DNA of 64,000 nt from Kudoa neothunni (Eukaryota; Animalia; Cnidaria), in contig OZ199838.1 in NCBI GenBank assembly GCA_964304625.1, positions 15,117,650 to 15,181,649 on the forward strand, read 5' to 3'. Shown here piece after piece: positions 39,290 through 54,449 of this stretch. Each line of letters starts with the position of its first letter. Within the stretch, counting starts at the first letter, position 1. The notes beneath the pieces were generated by a model. The model saw only the letters and a list, made by a program, of their open reading frames with translations, made no database searches and had not been told where the DNA came from. Both the position numbers and the translations under genes were made by a program.

Positions 39290-42200
39290 ATGGTTTTCGA
39301 GTTGAACTGTGCTATAGACGACTTGTTGGATAGAGACGAGGATTATAACATGTGGTTACGTGAAATAATTGGCTGCCAATCCAATACTGATGAAATAGAT
39401 GAGTTCAATGGAGCTGGTCAGGTACAAAACCAACTTTTATTGTATCATGACTGATCATATACAATAGTCTGAACCTGAGGATACAGAGCAAAGTTTGAGC
39501 AATAATTCTGCTGATATCGAAGAATCAGAAGATGAACATTTAAGTAGATTATTGTATAAATTGTTGTGTCTAGTATTTATGTAGAAATTGATGATGAAAG
39601 TGAGGATGAAACCGGCGATTTTCCCAATGAAACTAATCCAACGTATCGTCATTTTATCAACACATCGCATGAAAATCAAGAAGAGACATTTTTCTCTCCA
39701 GATTTGTTACAAACTGAATGTGTAATTTTGAATAAATTCAATTTTTTATTCAAAATGAACAAAACAGATGGAAACGGATCATTTTCAAATGATTCTGAAA
39801 AATAACCCCAACCTAAATGATGATGACCGAGCGGAGGAATTATCAGATGTTTCGATTTCTTTATCGGCTCGTTTGGGTCGTGTTTTTGAGAAAAGTTTGA
39901 ATCCAAGATGAAACTATTGGTGATTGTTTGTTTAGTGAGGAATGCCCTTGATGATAAAGCGGATGAATCACTGGTCAACCATTTTCTGCACTTTCTCACC
40001 AATTACAAAGACGTTGCATGCTGTATGAAAAATTTCACTAATGGTCCCCTCCTGAGAAATGCTACTGTTCTACATGTGCTCAATCATCTACAACGGTATT
40101 GCGTTTATTATTTAGCAAATGAAATTACTGACGCGGTCAATTTAATCTTAAATGAATTTGGGCCTTCTCATATGTTCTTATTAATTCCATCATGTTTCAT
40201 TTGTAACTTGAGTAAAAATATCATTGCATAACATCTATTGCATGTCCTTGACTAAATTTAATTTGTGATTTTGCTCTATTTTCTGCAATATAATGATGAT
40301 ACAATGAGCGTTAATAAGCGCAATTCAAAATACTCCTTACATGCACAAGAAACCAAGTAATCACAACTACACAAAAATCTAAACGTATGCTTACGTGAAT
40401 AGTTTATGTGTTGATTTATTTTCAATTATATTATTTTTATTTTAATATTAAAAGTGCTGTAAATGTAAAAATGTTTACTTGAATGGAGCTTTAATATTTG
40501 ATTACGGACACGAACTATGCGTCATAGACAAATCCATCAAATATATTTGTAATCTCACCAAACTATCATCCTTCAATTATTATTATAACAAATAGAATTG
40601 GACTAGGTAGTATATTCGTTTGAATTTTTTACATTTGCAAAACATAATGCGAAAGAATGCTCTAAAATAGGGAATCTCAACCGGGGCAAAATTAAATAAC
40701 ATCAAAATTGAATAAAGGGCAGGTTTCGCATAATGAGTTAATGGCGTACTTCAGAATTTCTAATGAGTTATATTATTCGGGGCTATCAAACTCAATAAGA
40801 AGTAGGTAGAAATGTTGCAAATGTTTTCATGAATAAGTATTTAAAAACAATTTATTAAACCATTATAAGTCCCTTACTTTATGAATTGTTTATCTTTTAG
40901 TTATATAGCCTAATTAATAATAATAATAATAAATAATGATGTTTAGAATGACTCATTTCATGGTAAATAGTATTCGGATGTCACTAGTTTTGAAATTTTT
41001 AATTATTTCAGGCCTATAAGAGAGAAGGAAATCCAGAAATAAGTTAGTACAGCAAAATCTAAAAACTAAACCTGTAGAAATTTTGAGAAAGAGGTGGTGG
41101 GATTAAAAATTGTCAATGCACAAACGTGCATACCTCTTAGGATTAGAATTTACCCTGAAAGTAGCCTCGGTCATAGCTAAATCAATATAAAACCTTATAA
41201 TAAATATGCATTTTACTTCTAAGTTAAGGGGTTAAATTTAAATTTTATTTGGATTTTATAGACCATACGTTCCGATGAATGCTCGATTATCCGGAAACTG
41301 GAAGAACTATTTAATCATATTTCCGGATAAAAGTAGCATCCATCACCGTACGAGGTATACAACGCAGTATCTAAAACAAAAATATTTCCGGGTTAATTAT
41401 CTATAAATGTTTATTTTAAAACTTAAGTTGAGCATTCAATTCTTATATAAATTTGTATGGTATCAGAGCATATGCCTGTATGTATATTAACCACACATTA
41501 ATTACTGATTATTTTAAAAAGCAGATTACTCTTCTGTAGACTGGTAAAAACTGTCATAATTATGTACCGTTTTTTCTTGAAATCTCTATATTCTTAGTTA
41601 ATAGATATATCAACATTTTTAATTTAAATGGCAGGAGTTAAAATATTTTACTTAATAAATATTAAAACATTGTTTATAAATCAAGTAAATAATACCTAAG
41701 TTGAAATTTTAAAAAAACTCGAGTTCATAAGGCATTGTTTATGTTTGATTAACCGGAACCTCACTATCCGGAAAGAAAATCGCTGGTCCAAAATTTTCCG
41801 GATATTAGAGGTTTGATTGTATTCCAAAAACGATTGATAACGCAAGCTCTGAAGTGAATGTTTGTAAATGTGGTGCCAAAATTTATCATGGCTTAATATC
41901 TTAGAGATCTTCAAAACTATCATGCGAGTTCTTATCAATTTAATCATAGCGATAACTCAATGTTGATATTATTTTTTCTCAATTTCTTTTTAATATATTT
42001 CTGAATTATTGTCTTTTAAGTAGATTATGCACAAAATATTTTTACGATAATTCAATTTTTTTTAATTCCAATGGATTAACACTTAAATTTAATAAAATTA
42101 GCTTTATTCATTAAAAAATGAATAGACTGTAGAATAATGAGTTCTACTTGATGACTTGATTCACTGATTCAAGCTAAAAAATTATTACACCATAATTAGT

Positions 42201-44717
42201 AAAAACAATTGAACATTAAAATTTTTACATAAAATAAGATTTGTTAGTTTAATTTTAAAGTTGTTATTTTTTCATGGTAATTTTTTTGCGCCTAAAAATT
42301 CATTATGCATAGAGAGTTTGAGCTCGATTCGAGATGATGAACACCCATTGAATAAAATAATGTTTAAATATATACATCAATAATTTTCTCTAAATTTTTT
42401 TTTTAATTTTTTTTTTTTTTAATTTTAATCAGTTAAATACTATTTATTGCTTCAATTATAAGTTTTAAAAATAATTATCATGTTAATTTTCTCGTTTTTA
42501 GATTTAAAAAAAGAATAGATAAAAATAATCAAAAACTTTCACAACTAGAACACAAGCTCTCCTCAACTCAACAGTAATTTTCTCTATTTTCATGTAATTA
42601 ATGATTATATAATTTCGCCAGAGCAAATTCAGATAACGTATGTGATGAAATGTTGCGTGATCAAGGATTTCGCAAAACCCGAATTTTGATAATTCTACCA
42701 ACCAGACAAGCGTGCGTAGAGTACGTTAATTCGTTTGCACTAGTTATGGGGAAGGCGTCTCCAAATCAAAAAGTTTCTCTCATATTTTTATAGCCGTTAT
42801 TAATGGGAATTCGTATACATTAGATCACTATAAAAAATAGAATACGATTCGATGATGAATATGGTCCATCTGAGGATGACTTGGCTAATCAGAATGCACT
42901 CAAATCGTTTCCAAGTATCCATCATGGCAAAATGTTTGATTATTCGAATAAAAATGATATAGTGGATCATCAATTGTGCTTCAAGGGAAACACTGATGAT
43001 AATTTCCGAATTGGTATCGAGTTGGCCACAAAAACCTATCTCAAATTGTATTCGTCGTTCAAAAATAGCGACATAATTGTTGCATCCCCTCTCGGATTGA
43101 AAACGCTTCTGACTCAAGAAGACAATATTGATGAAACCAACATTAAGTATATTTCCAAATTTTTTAACCCAACAACGATTATTATTATTTATTATTATTT
43201 GCTATTAGTGATCAAGAGGAAGTAACATTCAAAGACTACGACTTTTTATCTTCTATCGAGTTGCTTTTGATTGATGATGTCTATCTACTTCAAATGCAAA
43301 ATTGGGAACATGTTGTGGTAATTGATTTAAGCTATTGCCGTTGTTTTTATGACTATTAGGATTGTATGAATATTATCAACCGAATTCCTACAAAAATTGG
43401 TGACACCGACTATTCAAGAGTGTATCAATGGGCTTGTGACGAAAAGTAAGAATTCGCTTTGGCTTGCTTATCTACATTAATTTCCGTTATGGCCGTTGCC
43501 GTGGAGTTAAATGCCTAGTTTAATGAAGTATTGAATCTGATAAATTGTTTTTAACCCCTAGTGAACTTTTTTTGAACTAAAAAATAATTAATAATTGTAC
43601 ATATTCCATTTAATTAGTTAATTTTATTTATGGAGTAATACTATTTTTAATGAAAAGGAGACGCACAGCAATAGATGATCGCTTTTTTTGATATTAAATT
43701 ATCTGTGGACGGCATTTACATTATTATAGTTTTATTGTCGTTTTCCATGTACAATTTAAGAACTTAATTAGGTTTAAAAACTATCGTCAAACAGTAGTGA
43801 TAAATCGGTATGAAAATGCAGAAACTGTTTCGCTGATTAATATCCTCTCTTGCAGTAATCTATTAGTTGCAACATTGGCAGGGTGTAGATTTGTTGTAGA
43901 TTACGAAGGAAGTGTTCTGTTCAGAAGAAAACTGTTGAGCCCATTCATAAAGTCTGTTACTACGCCCATTTCTATTGTAACTGCCCCCAACTAACTATGC
44001 ACGTCCCATTTAACACCGTCTTAACACTTAGATATTTCACAGTTATCAATGCGATCATTTTGAAAATGACCATATTGCTCGGTTCGAATCCTTTCTAAAT
44101 GTTATTTTCCAAAAATACAAGTCGGAAAACAATTCAAATGTCGCCATTTTTGTTCCAAGCTATTTGGATTTCGTTAAAATAAGAAATTATTTCTTTAAGG
44201 AGAATATAAAATTTGCTCCTATATCTGAGTAAGTTTGATATTTATGAACATAGTAATTTCAATTTTTTTCAAATATAGGTACACAAATGTGCCTTTGGTT
44301 TCGAGATTTAGAATCAAGTTCAAAAATCAGCAATATCCCATATTGCTCTTTACGGAAAGATATTTTTTCTATAATAGGTAATATTTTGTGTGGTTTGTAA
44401 TAATTGCTGTAAAATCATTTGTAGACACCGATTAGCTGGTATTAGACACCTTGTTTTCTATCAACTTCCTAAAAATCCTCATTTATTCCCTCATCTTGTC
44501 AATCTGATCAATATGGAAGAATCACATTCCTTGGTTATTGCATCTAATACTGGAAAAAAAACAAAAAGTCAGCTCTACCAACAATTCATTCAGTTGCAGA
44601 GTTTTATTCAGCAAATATGATGGTCATTCTTTGAGAGATGTCGTTGGTGTTACATTGTCAGAAAAGCTGATTTTCGCCACTAACACTCATCACATACTCT
44701 ACCCTAATTGTGTTTAG
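39290..44717 (+). CDS. UTP25: U3 snoRNA-associated protein 25 / digestive organ expansion factor, multi-exon
   Basis: Acidic N-terminus; NYKDV...LHVLNHL; LRDQGFRKTRILIILPTR; FKGNTDDNFRIGI; LYSSFKNSDIIVASPLGL; DYDFLSSIE; MQNWEHV; FVPSYLDFVKIRNY; LFTERYFFY; GIRHLVFYQLP; LFSKYD. One apparent 1-nt frameshift in an A-run near 44554-44561. Confidence 0.93.
41270..41820. mobile_element. Tc1/pogo-like MITE in a UTP25 intron
   Basis: Imperfect TIRs gctcgattatccggaa and ttccggatattagaggtttgattg|TA, with repeated tccgga cores at both ends. Confidence 0.55.
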
Positions 44718-45449
44718 CTTTGCATGTAGTATAGATCTTTTGTTAGGACATTTATTTTGATTTGCGATATTTTTTGAGTCAGGCGGAAATTAATGGCGAG
44801 TCAAGTCATATCTGGTCGTTTTGAGGAAAAAATTAAACCCTTTAGTCACATGATTGTACGATTTTTTGAGATTTATGCGCCATATAATGAAAAATAAAGA
44901 CATTGACCCAAACAATTACGTTGAAAGAATAGGTATTTTTATTAAATGGGGTTTTTAATGAAACTTTTCGCATACTCATTTGGTGTTTCATTGACTAGTT
45001 TGTCAGCGAACCATCAGCTTGAAGTTACTGATCTCCGATCATCTGACGAAATATGACACTTATCGATAAATGGGGGTTTTTAAAGGTCATTAACCAATAC
45101 ATTTTAAATTATTAAGGAAAATGCACTTGTTCATATAAGCGTGTTTGCTAGCATATATTATATTATTGTGTAACATCTGTTTCCCTGGTGGAACTTAATA
45201 AAATTGATACGCGTAAGCAATTAATAGATGGCAATTTAGAATCAATTTTAAACATGTCGCCTCCAAATTTAATCACGACATTTCTAAACTTGTCCATGAA
45301 TTACAGCATCCGCCATATGAATGTCTAATTAATTTATCAATAATGCATTAGTGTGCAGAATCTTTAATCAATTTAAACATTAGTAACTATATATTGTGTA
45401 TTATTATGATGATTTTTTTGTGTTTTAGAATTTTTATTAACAAACGTAC

Positions 45450-47150
45450 AATAAGTAAGGGACTCATTTCAAAAGTAGGATAATTGTGAGGCATAAATTA
45501 TAAATACATTTATTCGTTATAATTTTTTTATTAATAACATCGGAATCGATTCAATATGTAATTTTATCATGTATTTCAATATTTTACAATTAGAGATAAT
45601 TTTTAATTGAGTAATGAAGTAAAATATATATAAATATCTGCATCATACAAAGCCCAATCGCAACATTTGGATAAATAATCCACTTTAATATGATAATACA
45701 ACATTTATCATTTAAATAGTAAGAATAATCACAACAACGATTGGATTCGGCATCGCTAGACACAATAATATGAGTATAAAGTTTGCAACAAGATTTTTGT
45801 TATTTTTTCAAATTAAAAGTAAAATTAAAAATTATTTCTCATTACTTAATCTATGAAGATATATTAATGGATCACGACATTAAGAATATGCCGAATAATC
45901 AAAAATTTGAAGTAACTTTACAATCGAATGACTTTTAAAACTCAAACAGTTAAGCTACTCCGGTGGTTATTCAAATTTTTCAAAAACATTCAAGCGGTTT
46001 TATCGAAGAGGTTTCATAAAATTATATAATTATGTCCACAACCGGCAAAACTCTCATAAAGTTTTTATTTATTACATTTTTATAAAACCTTTTCAAGGAT
46101 TCTTTACTCAAATATCAACTTCGTATACTTAATAAGTATATGAATAACTATTTAGAGAAGAATAATATATGTGAAAAACATGCCGTATGTAGCTCGGATA
46201 AAGGTAGCCTTTGGTAGTACAAACAACATTAGGTTTTGAATAGTTATTATGTTGGATTATACAAAAATTTCATGTGGAGTTCTAGTAGTTCTACTCTTAT
46301 GTCTCAATTGAGTCTTGCCTAGATGAGAAGTTTAAAGTTATTAAACGTCAAGGCAAACATCAATAGAAAGGCAATAGCTAAATATCTTTGTCATCGCAAA
46401 AATATGTCCCCTATAGACATATCTATGGTAGGTAAAATGATTATATTTAAAAAAGTTATTGTTTAACAAAAATTAATAATAGTGTAACGTAGCGACTAAA
46501 TTTTCGCTCGACGTACTAAATCATCTCTTTTGGTTGCTGCCAGGAAATAATGCGTGGGATACAGTAGATATTTGCCGAGCTTCCTCTTTTAGAGACTTAA
46601 TCCATCAATCTCTGTATCTACAAACAATTTCAGATTGCCTTATCATCTCTTTAGTGTTGCTGCATTCGATGATAATTAACTATTCATTCATTATTTTTCT
46701 CCACTTTGATATATCACATTATTTGCAATTTCATAGCATATCTTTTAATTAAACTTATTTTTAGGTCCACTTTTCTAGTCTGTAAAATGAAACATAAAAA
46801 CTCATATTCTCTACTTGTTACCGTATATTTCAATTATTTCCTTTTTATTTAAAATCGAATTATTTTTCATAATTCACTCCAGAAAAATTATGTCCTCATC
46901 AATCTGGAGAAAACAACCAATAAACTCGATCATATCTATGACGATATCTTTAAGCTAAATCCTTTTATTTCAGATTATAATAGATCTAGGGCAGATTTTA
47001 TAATTTTTGTGCAATAATTCAAAAATATCAATTAAATCTAACATTGTACTTACCATATACGTATGTTGCCTTACGTGAGATCTGAGATGAATGTGGCGGG
47101 GCATTAACTTTCCGAGCATTAATAGAGAATAATGATGAATTCTAAGTACA
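45450..47150 (-). mobile_element. Highly degenerate hAT (ZMYM/Tip100-like) transposase remnant
   Basis: Scattered minus-strand motifs in the expected order: SHVRQ (cf. DxSHxEQ), CYEIANN (cf. YDGASNM) and YPNVAIGL (cf. FPNxxxAL). Boundaries approximate. Confidence 0.35.
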
Positions 47151-49647
47151 GCCGGACCTAGACATAACGTGATTGGATATGCCGAGGATTTGATCTCAAC
47201 GTTTATTTTAAGACTTTTAGACTGGTTTGAATTAATTCTCTGCATCAAACGTTGATATTAACTTAAGCTAAAGAGTAACTTTAATTTTTGTTCTGACTAT
47301 GCAATATCTCGTTATAGCGAGGTTCGACCCTGTCTGTAATCTAGGAGCAGATGGCTCCAAAAATTAACCGTGTTGCGCACACTTTTCGTCCCCCATTTTA
47401 AATTAATTATGTATGACCCTAGGCGCGGTAGCGATGGGCCGAAAATAATTAAACGCAGCAGATTATGGAAAATAAAATTTATAGATTAGGAATAAATCGG
47501 AGTCAGCAGGATAAAAAATGGGAATCGCGCAAGCGTAATTGCCATTTTGGATTAAAACCTGCCGTGCCAACAGCCAGTGCCTTTTTTAAATATTGAATGA
47601 TAAGTAACTAATGTCAAAAAAGCTAAATTAAAGAATCTCAATAACCTATTTTTAGTTATTTTAACTTAAAAGGTATTTTTGTAAATCACGATGAGTAATA
47701 AGGAAAAGAGAAATTAAAACTAACCGCATACAAAGGTCAATTGTTGATGATCCTGAGTGGATTGCGTAAATTTAGTTACCTATTATGACATTAAAGGTTT
47801 GGCTACGGCGTTGATTTCTCAACACATTATTTTTATGAGGTTTATTCTTTTCGAGATATTTTTTATTTTTATTTAAAATACCCACGAAAACATCGATTAA
47901 TATGACATTTTTGTGATATGAAATTCAAATAATGTGAATATTTCATTATTTTAAAAATTTTTGAACGAAAAATTTAAATTGAATTCTATGGCGTCAGTTT
48001 GCTTTAAAAGATTTTACTAAACACCCCAAAAAATGATCAGAAAACACCAACAACTAAAAAAATTTAAAAAGCGTTAAATTAGTTTATTCCCAGTTCTATG
48101 CACAAAAATCTGAAATAAAGCTAATTAACCCAAATTCGTGCATATTGTAATCGGGAACAAAATGCAAAAAATGATTCAATCCAAAGGTGATCTATATTAC
48201 TCAGACATTATCTAAGAATTATAAAATTATGTAAAATTAATTTCATATACTCGATTTTTCATTTAAATAATGATTAAAATTCAACACTAATATTTATATA
48301 CACCACGCGGGGAAAAATCTGTCCATATAAAATGAATAAAATCGGGGTTTTATAAAATAGTTATTTGTTAAAAAGAGGGTTTTTACTAATCTATATTAAA
48401 CATTTTATGGACTATATCTATTTTCAGGTGATGAAATATTATTGAGTTGTGGATGCCCGAGCAGTTTCTCAATTAAACTCGATATATTTTTCTACAATAA
48501 ACAATATTGTTTATATTATTTCACCAAAATTTTGTACCATGGTCACAATCCTTGTATTTTCAAAATTATCAATAAAATCTTTTTTTCTAAATTAAATTAC
48601 AATTAACTCGTCAAGTTATGGACTACATTTGGCATTTATTCAATAGCGATTTCATATCTTCTGTATCCATAAGCATATAATCTAAATCTGCCTATACCGA
48701 ATATTGAAAAATACGAACAGTAAAAGGAATAAACTTTTAATTTCTCCAGCCTTTCTTCGAACGAATCCAAATGGATGGCAGATTGATAAATTCCAGAAAA
48801 TGGTACTGCATTTATTTTTTTGATATACTCATATAACTTTTGTTCTACTGAAACTTAGTGGGAACAAACAAATGATTTACCTTCGTCAAGCGACATCACA
48901 CATCGACGACTTACAAATAATTCGTAAACCAACGTAATCATATCAAAAGAGCAATTTACAAGCTTTAAATTGGATTAATTATTATTGGCTTAAAATCATC
49001 TAGAAATTCATTCATGAAGTTTAGTCTCATCGGAATGAAATATCCAAAATTAAAGTTGATTCATATATTCCTATGATTCAATTAAATACGTTTAAAAATT
49101 ATTTTTAAAGTATGTTTATGGTTTATTCTACTCAAATATATGAAATAGATAAAATTCAGCAGTGTTTTTTTAATCGTGCTGAGTATATAAATTTAACGAA
49201 ATATCATCATTAAATATTTCATTTTACATGTTGAAATGCAATTCAAACTATTTCGTGAAGTAACTAAACCACGTCAATACAAAAGCTAAAATTAAAATTG
49301 ATTAATTCAAGTCATCAATGCTAAAATGATTTTTTGCAGATTGATTCGATTTAATACGTATTAATTGGGCTTATAAAATAAACTACGAATCACAATGATA
49401 ATACAATATTAATTTTCTGATCAATTCGAATTGAAAATAAAATGAAAATATATATATTTAAATAATATACTTATCTTTTTCCGTTGTAATTTTGTTAATA
49501 AGATTTTTACTGTTCAGCTTAGAAATACTAAAAGAATGTATTTTTGGTAAGTAAATACATTAGGTAACCATATTCAACTATTTTTCAAATGAAATATTGC
49601 ATTCTTTATAAATATTAAATTAACCTTCTATTTCATTTGATAATTTA

Positions 49648-52600
49648 CACCCTCCGAGTCAAATTGGGGTATTGTTACACCCCACACTTATTTTGGATCA
49701 ACCAATTTAGAATATAAAAATAATTAGCGCAGAGGCCCCGCTTCGCGTAGGCTTCCTTGTCCGATCAAGTAGATTAAAGCCTTAAGTAGACCAAGGTCAT
49801 TTTAAGATTAAAGTAAATTAAATGTATTTGAACAAATAGAACAAAGATTACACAAATAAAGTTTGATTTATTTAACTAATATAAAAATGGTGTAAAATCT
49901 TAAAATAAACATTTATTAATTAATTTTTTGTTATAAAATGCAATATTACACCATATATTTATAATCTACTGAACTACCAAACTTTGGTATGTGAAGATAT
50001 GATCTACTTAGGTATCTTGACCGACAATTGTTACGTTTTACATAGCACATTCACACAAATTTACGTCTAAAGAAAGTAAACATAAATATCACATGAGTTT
50101 GTTTTAATTTATTTTAATTTTGTAACGCATTAATATATAAAACGCGGCAATCAATGAGTTATATGATAGTTCTCTGTTATTCATTGTAAACTAATTTTGG
50201 AATAATTAACGTAACTAACTGTTTTTCACATAAAAAGTTAAAGAATTTTAAACTTTTTCTAAATAAAATGGAAATTACACTGTAATCCGAATATGCTCGG
50301 CTTAGGATTTTAAAAATATTTTTTGATCTAAATTTTAGTTATTTAATATTATTTTTTATGATATAAATAAATATGAAAGCATTTTGAAAGAGAAATTAAT
50401 TAACAGGACAAATTGTAGGAAACGACTTTGTCCCGACTGTATATCGGTGCCACACTAAGTTCGTGTATAGTTACTGTAGTTAGTCCTAAATTGCATTTTA
50501 ATTAATTTACCTTAAATAATTATACGCATGAACCTTATTTAATATTTTTAAAAATGAATAAACATTACTGAGCGTTTAAAATTTCCTCTTTGGAGCTCCT
50601 AAAAATCGATCTTTTTCTTGTTGTTCACAGTAATCTCTAAATCATACCATACGAAATGAGGTTATTCTTGTTAAACATCAACATATGAATTTCATATTAA
50701 TGCTTGGCTAGATAACCTAATATTACCTTCCTTATTTGAACTAATTCAATTACTAAATTACTTTTCAATAATTTTAAAGTGAAATAAACACTATAGTACA
50801 TTTAAAATTAACTTTTATAACTTTAACGAAATGACCTATATGTTTGCATAAATCCTGAAATCATACCACTCATATCACGTGAAAATGTTTGTAGTCATTT
50901 TGCAGGATGCAAACCTTTTATAATTTTTTACGTATTTTTTTGTGTTAAAATAAAATTTTATCTTTCCATATATGTGCTCAAATGGAGCAATATCTCTCTA
51001 TAAAGAATGAAAAATGCGTACACACTGACACACACACGGATTACTGGTTTGCTTTATATAGTAGATTATTTGTGTAAACTCTGAAAAAAGTTCATCGATT
51101 AAATTTAAAATTATAGACCAACATTTCTAGCTAACCATGAAAGGTGCATGCTTGTAAAATCAAATTCTATCGAATGTTGTAGGTGTGTATTGACAATACG
51201 TTTACAAGATCCTATTTTCTAATGCAGGAAAGCTTTTAAGTAGAATTAGAATGATTTTATTAAATATACGAACAAAAGAATAACATTCATAATAAGCCAA
51301 CATTGACATAAAGTTATCGGTTAAAACAATTAAAACAAACACGCTTGGAATGGAATTTTCAGCAATATGAAGCACGAATGTCGCATTTTATTTTGGTTTT
51401 GCTATCATACTTCCTATCGCGAAATTGACATATCCCATAACGATTTTGTCCAATTATAACATAGAAGTCTTCATTAGCTGCCGTATTTTGTTTCAGCCTC
51501 AAAAGTAGTCGATGTGTCAATTGGGTCGCCATCATCTTCAAAAATTCCCTCATGAGTAATTTTGAAGAAGGAATAAATTTTCGTATATACAAAACGCATT
51601 AATCAGACTGATATCAACCATGTCAAAGAAAACAATTAAAGACCAACGACATGTTATTCGTCTAATATTTATTGCTGCCAATAATCTGGAAATCGTATCA
51701 ACGTCCTTTACTGCATTATAATGCATTATAACATCAGGTTTTAATGGCTTTTCTATTGATATTTCGGTGTTTGTCGAGGGAGAACAAAGCATATAAACAG
51801 GTTTATTTCTCCGAGGCAGATATCTTAGTACCATTTCTTTGTTATTAAAAACAAAAAGAGATGAATGAAAAGGAATCGTTCTATCTGGTCTCAAGTATGG
51901 CTGTATCTCCCTCTTATTTGAACGCATCGTTCCAACAATCGTACGTTTTTTGCAACAATTCATCCGTTAACTCAATTGACGTGAAAAAATTGTCGCATAC
52001 CACATTTCGACCAGAACGTTCAAATGGTTCCACTAACTTTGACACAAAATTCCTCCCAACATTCGCAGCCCTTGTATCATTTTGAAATCGCTTCCTCAAA
52101 TAGACAACCTCATTGCAAACAAAAGTCGACTTTGAGTCAGTTATTAAAAAAAACTTTAGGTCATATTTTGAAGGCTTTCTTGGCATATATTGTTTGAATT
52201 TACAACGACCTCTAAAAGCCACAAGTTTCTCGTCGATGCGAAAATCCTCAAGAGATCGAGAACTCTGGATAAGCGAGTCAACCCAGATATTCCAGAGTTC
52301 ACGAGTGTGGCAAAGTTTATCTTATGTTTTTCTTGTCTCTCGTGTTTCCAAATCTTCCAAATGAAGAGCTCTCTTGATTTGTCGGAATCTATATAAAGAA
52401 AATTGGTCACGATAAACTTGTCTTCCCTCTTATAACCCAAACAATTCTTTGACTAGTTGCTGATTATCGTCAAATATTCCCATTAACAATAAACGTCCGA
52501 TGAATCCATCGAATTCTACAGTATCTAATTGCTTCCAAGCATCACCCAAAATTTTTTGTGCCATATTGATTTGTGTTTTAAAATTAAATCATACATTTCC

Positions 52601-53197
52601 TGGCGAATAAACACTTTAAACGTATCAATAACTTCAGTTACATTCTGCAAAACGAAAGATGAAACACCAGTACGACTGGTCAAAATAACTTGGATGCAGT
52701 TCTAGAAGTCGAGGGTTTTCCAGTTGTCCATAAGGTTCCATTCTTATCTGTTAGAGAGTCAGATTGAGCATTGGTTTCAACCTCCGAATTATCTGATGAC
52801 GTATCACGCATAAAGGAATGTTCCATATCTGAAGAATCAGTATCAGAGCAGCTGCCGCTATATTCACTCGAACTCATTTCACCAATGACCAATTGGCGCA
52901 CTGAAAGATATCCAGTAATATTTGTTGATTTAAACAATAATTCGTCGACGAAAGTGTATCAAATTCATCCAAATAATATTTTTTATTCGGAACAATTTAG
53001 TCTAGAAAAATGCGGTGTGTAAAAATACCCCAACTTTACTCGGAGTATTTTTACGTAAATTTTATTTTACAAAACAGAAAAAAATTGTCGTCAAGTAGAT
53101 TATGTATCATAAAAAGTTTTACTTTTAGATTTGAGGTAAAAAATTAAAGATTACATAAGCCTGCGGTATAAACACACTCCATTTTATTTGGACGGTG
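49648..53197 (-). mobile_element. Near full-length piggyBac (PGBD4-like) element with frameshifted transposase
   Basis: TIR caccctccgagtcaaattggggtattgttacacccc, matched by the inner repeat at ~53014-53044 and outer ggacggtg at 53197. Transposase pieces IDEKLVAFRGRCKFKQYMPRKPSKY, RNVVCDNFFTS, VGTMRSNKREI, KPDVIMHYNAVKDVD, RRITCRW and a C-terminal Cys-rich domain, split over several frames. Confidence 0.9.
49724..51065 (-). mobile_element. Non-autonomous Helitron nested in the piggyBac 3' end
   Basis: The minus strand begins A|TCTACTATATAAAG at 51065, followed by a (TG)n tract. It ends with hairpin gcctacgc-gaa-gcggggc and CTAA|T. Confidence 0.65.
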
Positions 53198-54449
53198 AAG
53201 GAAGAAGTTATGTTAAATAGATATTAACCATATTAAAAATTTTTAATTTCAAAGAACGTATTACAATATAGAAAATCTAAAAATATATTTTTTTAGATTT
53301 TTCTTTTGTAAGTAAATTGTTATATCTAAATTATATCCAAAACACGATATCAAACAAATTAATATTATGCCTACGGGCGTCATAATGCGTAAAATTAGTT
53401 ATGTGATTAGTTTTTGCATTCTTCCCCGCCAAAAAAGAATTGTGTAAAAGTGGTTACTTACGGTAATATTAATTTTCCTCCCTTTATAATATATAATTAG
53501 GATTAGTGGGTATGTAGATGTAGGATCGGCGACAAAATGTATAGTTTACGTTTGTCCAATGTATTTATTACATGTTGAAATTTTTCGATGAATTAACTTA
53601 ATTTTAAGTTGTCTGAGTTTGAATTAAGATACAAAATATATGATACAATATGCTCCGAGGCCAATTGATCCCAGGAGCGATCGGAAGGTTAGAGATATTA
53701 CTAACACATCATAAAGAAATTTGGGCTGATTGAAGTTCTATGTTGTTGTTTAGGATTTTTATCTAATTTTTTGTTTGAAATTTCGTCATATTGGACGTTT
53801 ATATGTGTAATATATGATGTAAATCGAATTAAATGCGGACATGATTACCTCGCTATAGCAAACCATTAAAATTCCATAAATTATAATACTTAGTTTTTTA
53901 TTCTTTCATTAAAAAAATTATTTGTAGAATATATAAACAAAACCATAGACACATAATTGAATTAAATTTAAATTTTGGTAAAAATCATCAACTACGGTGC
54001 ACCGAAGCACGCTTATAACAATGTTCTACTGAAGTTGTATTTTATTAAAAAATTTCGATACGATGAGTCTACTTCGTGGCTGGCATAATAAATGAACGCC
54101 ATTTGAAAAAGTTTGTTCCACTCTTTTAACTACAATATTCTACTGAGGAAAAGATTTTTGTTTAATGATGGATAAAAAGTCGAACCTAAGACGAAATAAG
54201 TACATCAGGGGTCACGCATGTTTCGAATATTAGGTGATTGATGTGCTAATAGAAATAATAATAGATTGTTCATTTTTTTAAGATTAGTCGTAGATGATTA
54301 TATATGTTTGTTGTTCTGAGAAAAAATTTCAAATTTTTGTTTGATGTACTAGCCCTCATTGAGATCATCGAACACCATGAAACCTATTATTATACGTTAC
54401 ACCTACGAGTAAAAAATCGTCATAACTCTTCAACATAGCTGGGCCTACA

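Noticed and set aside
41262-41356. AG..GT-bounded exon-like stretch in a UTP25 intron
   Set aside because: It coincides with the left end of a MITE and is not needed for the UTP25 alignment.
48420-49100. Possible further transposase remnant on the minus strand
   Set aside because: Motifs too degraded to assign.
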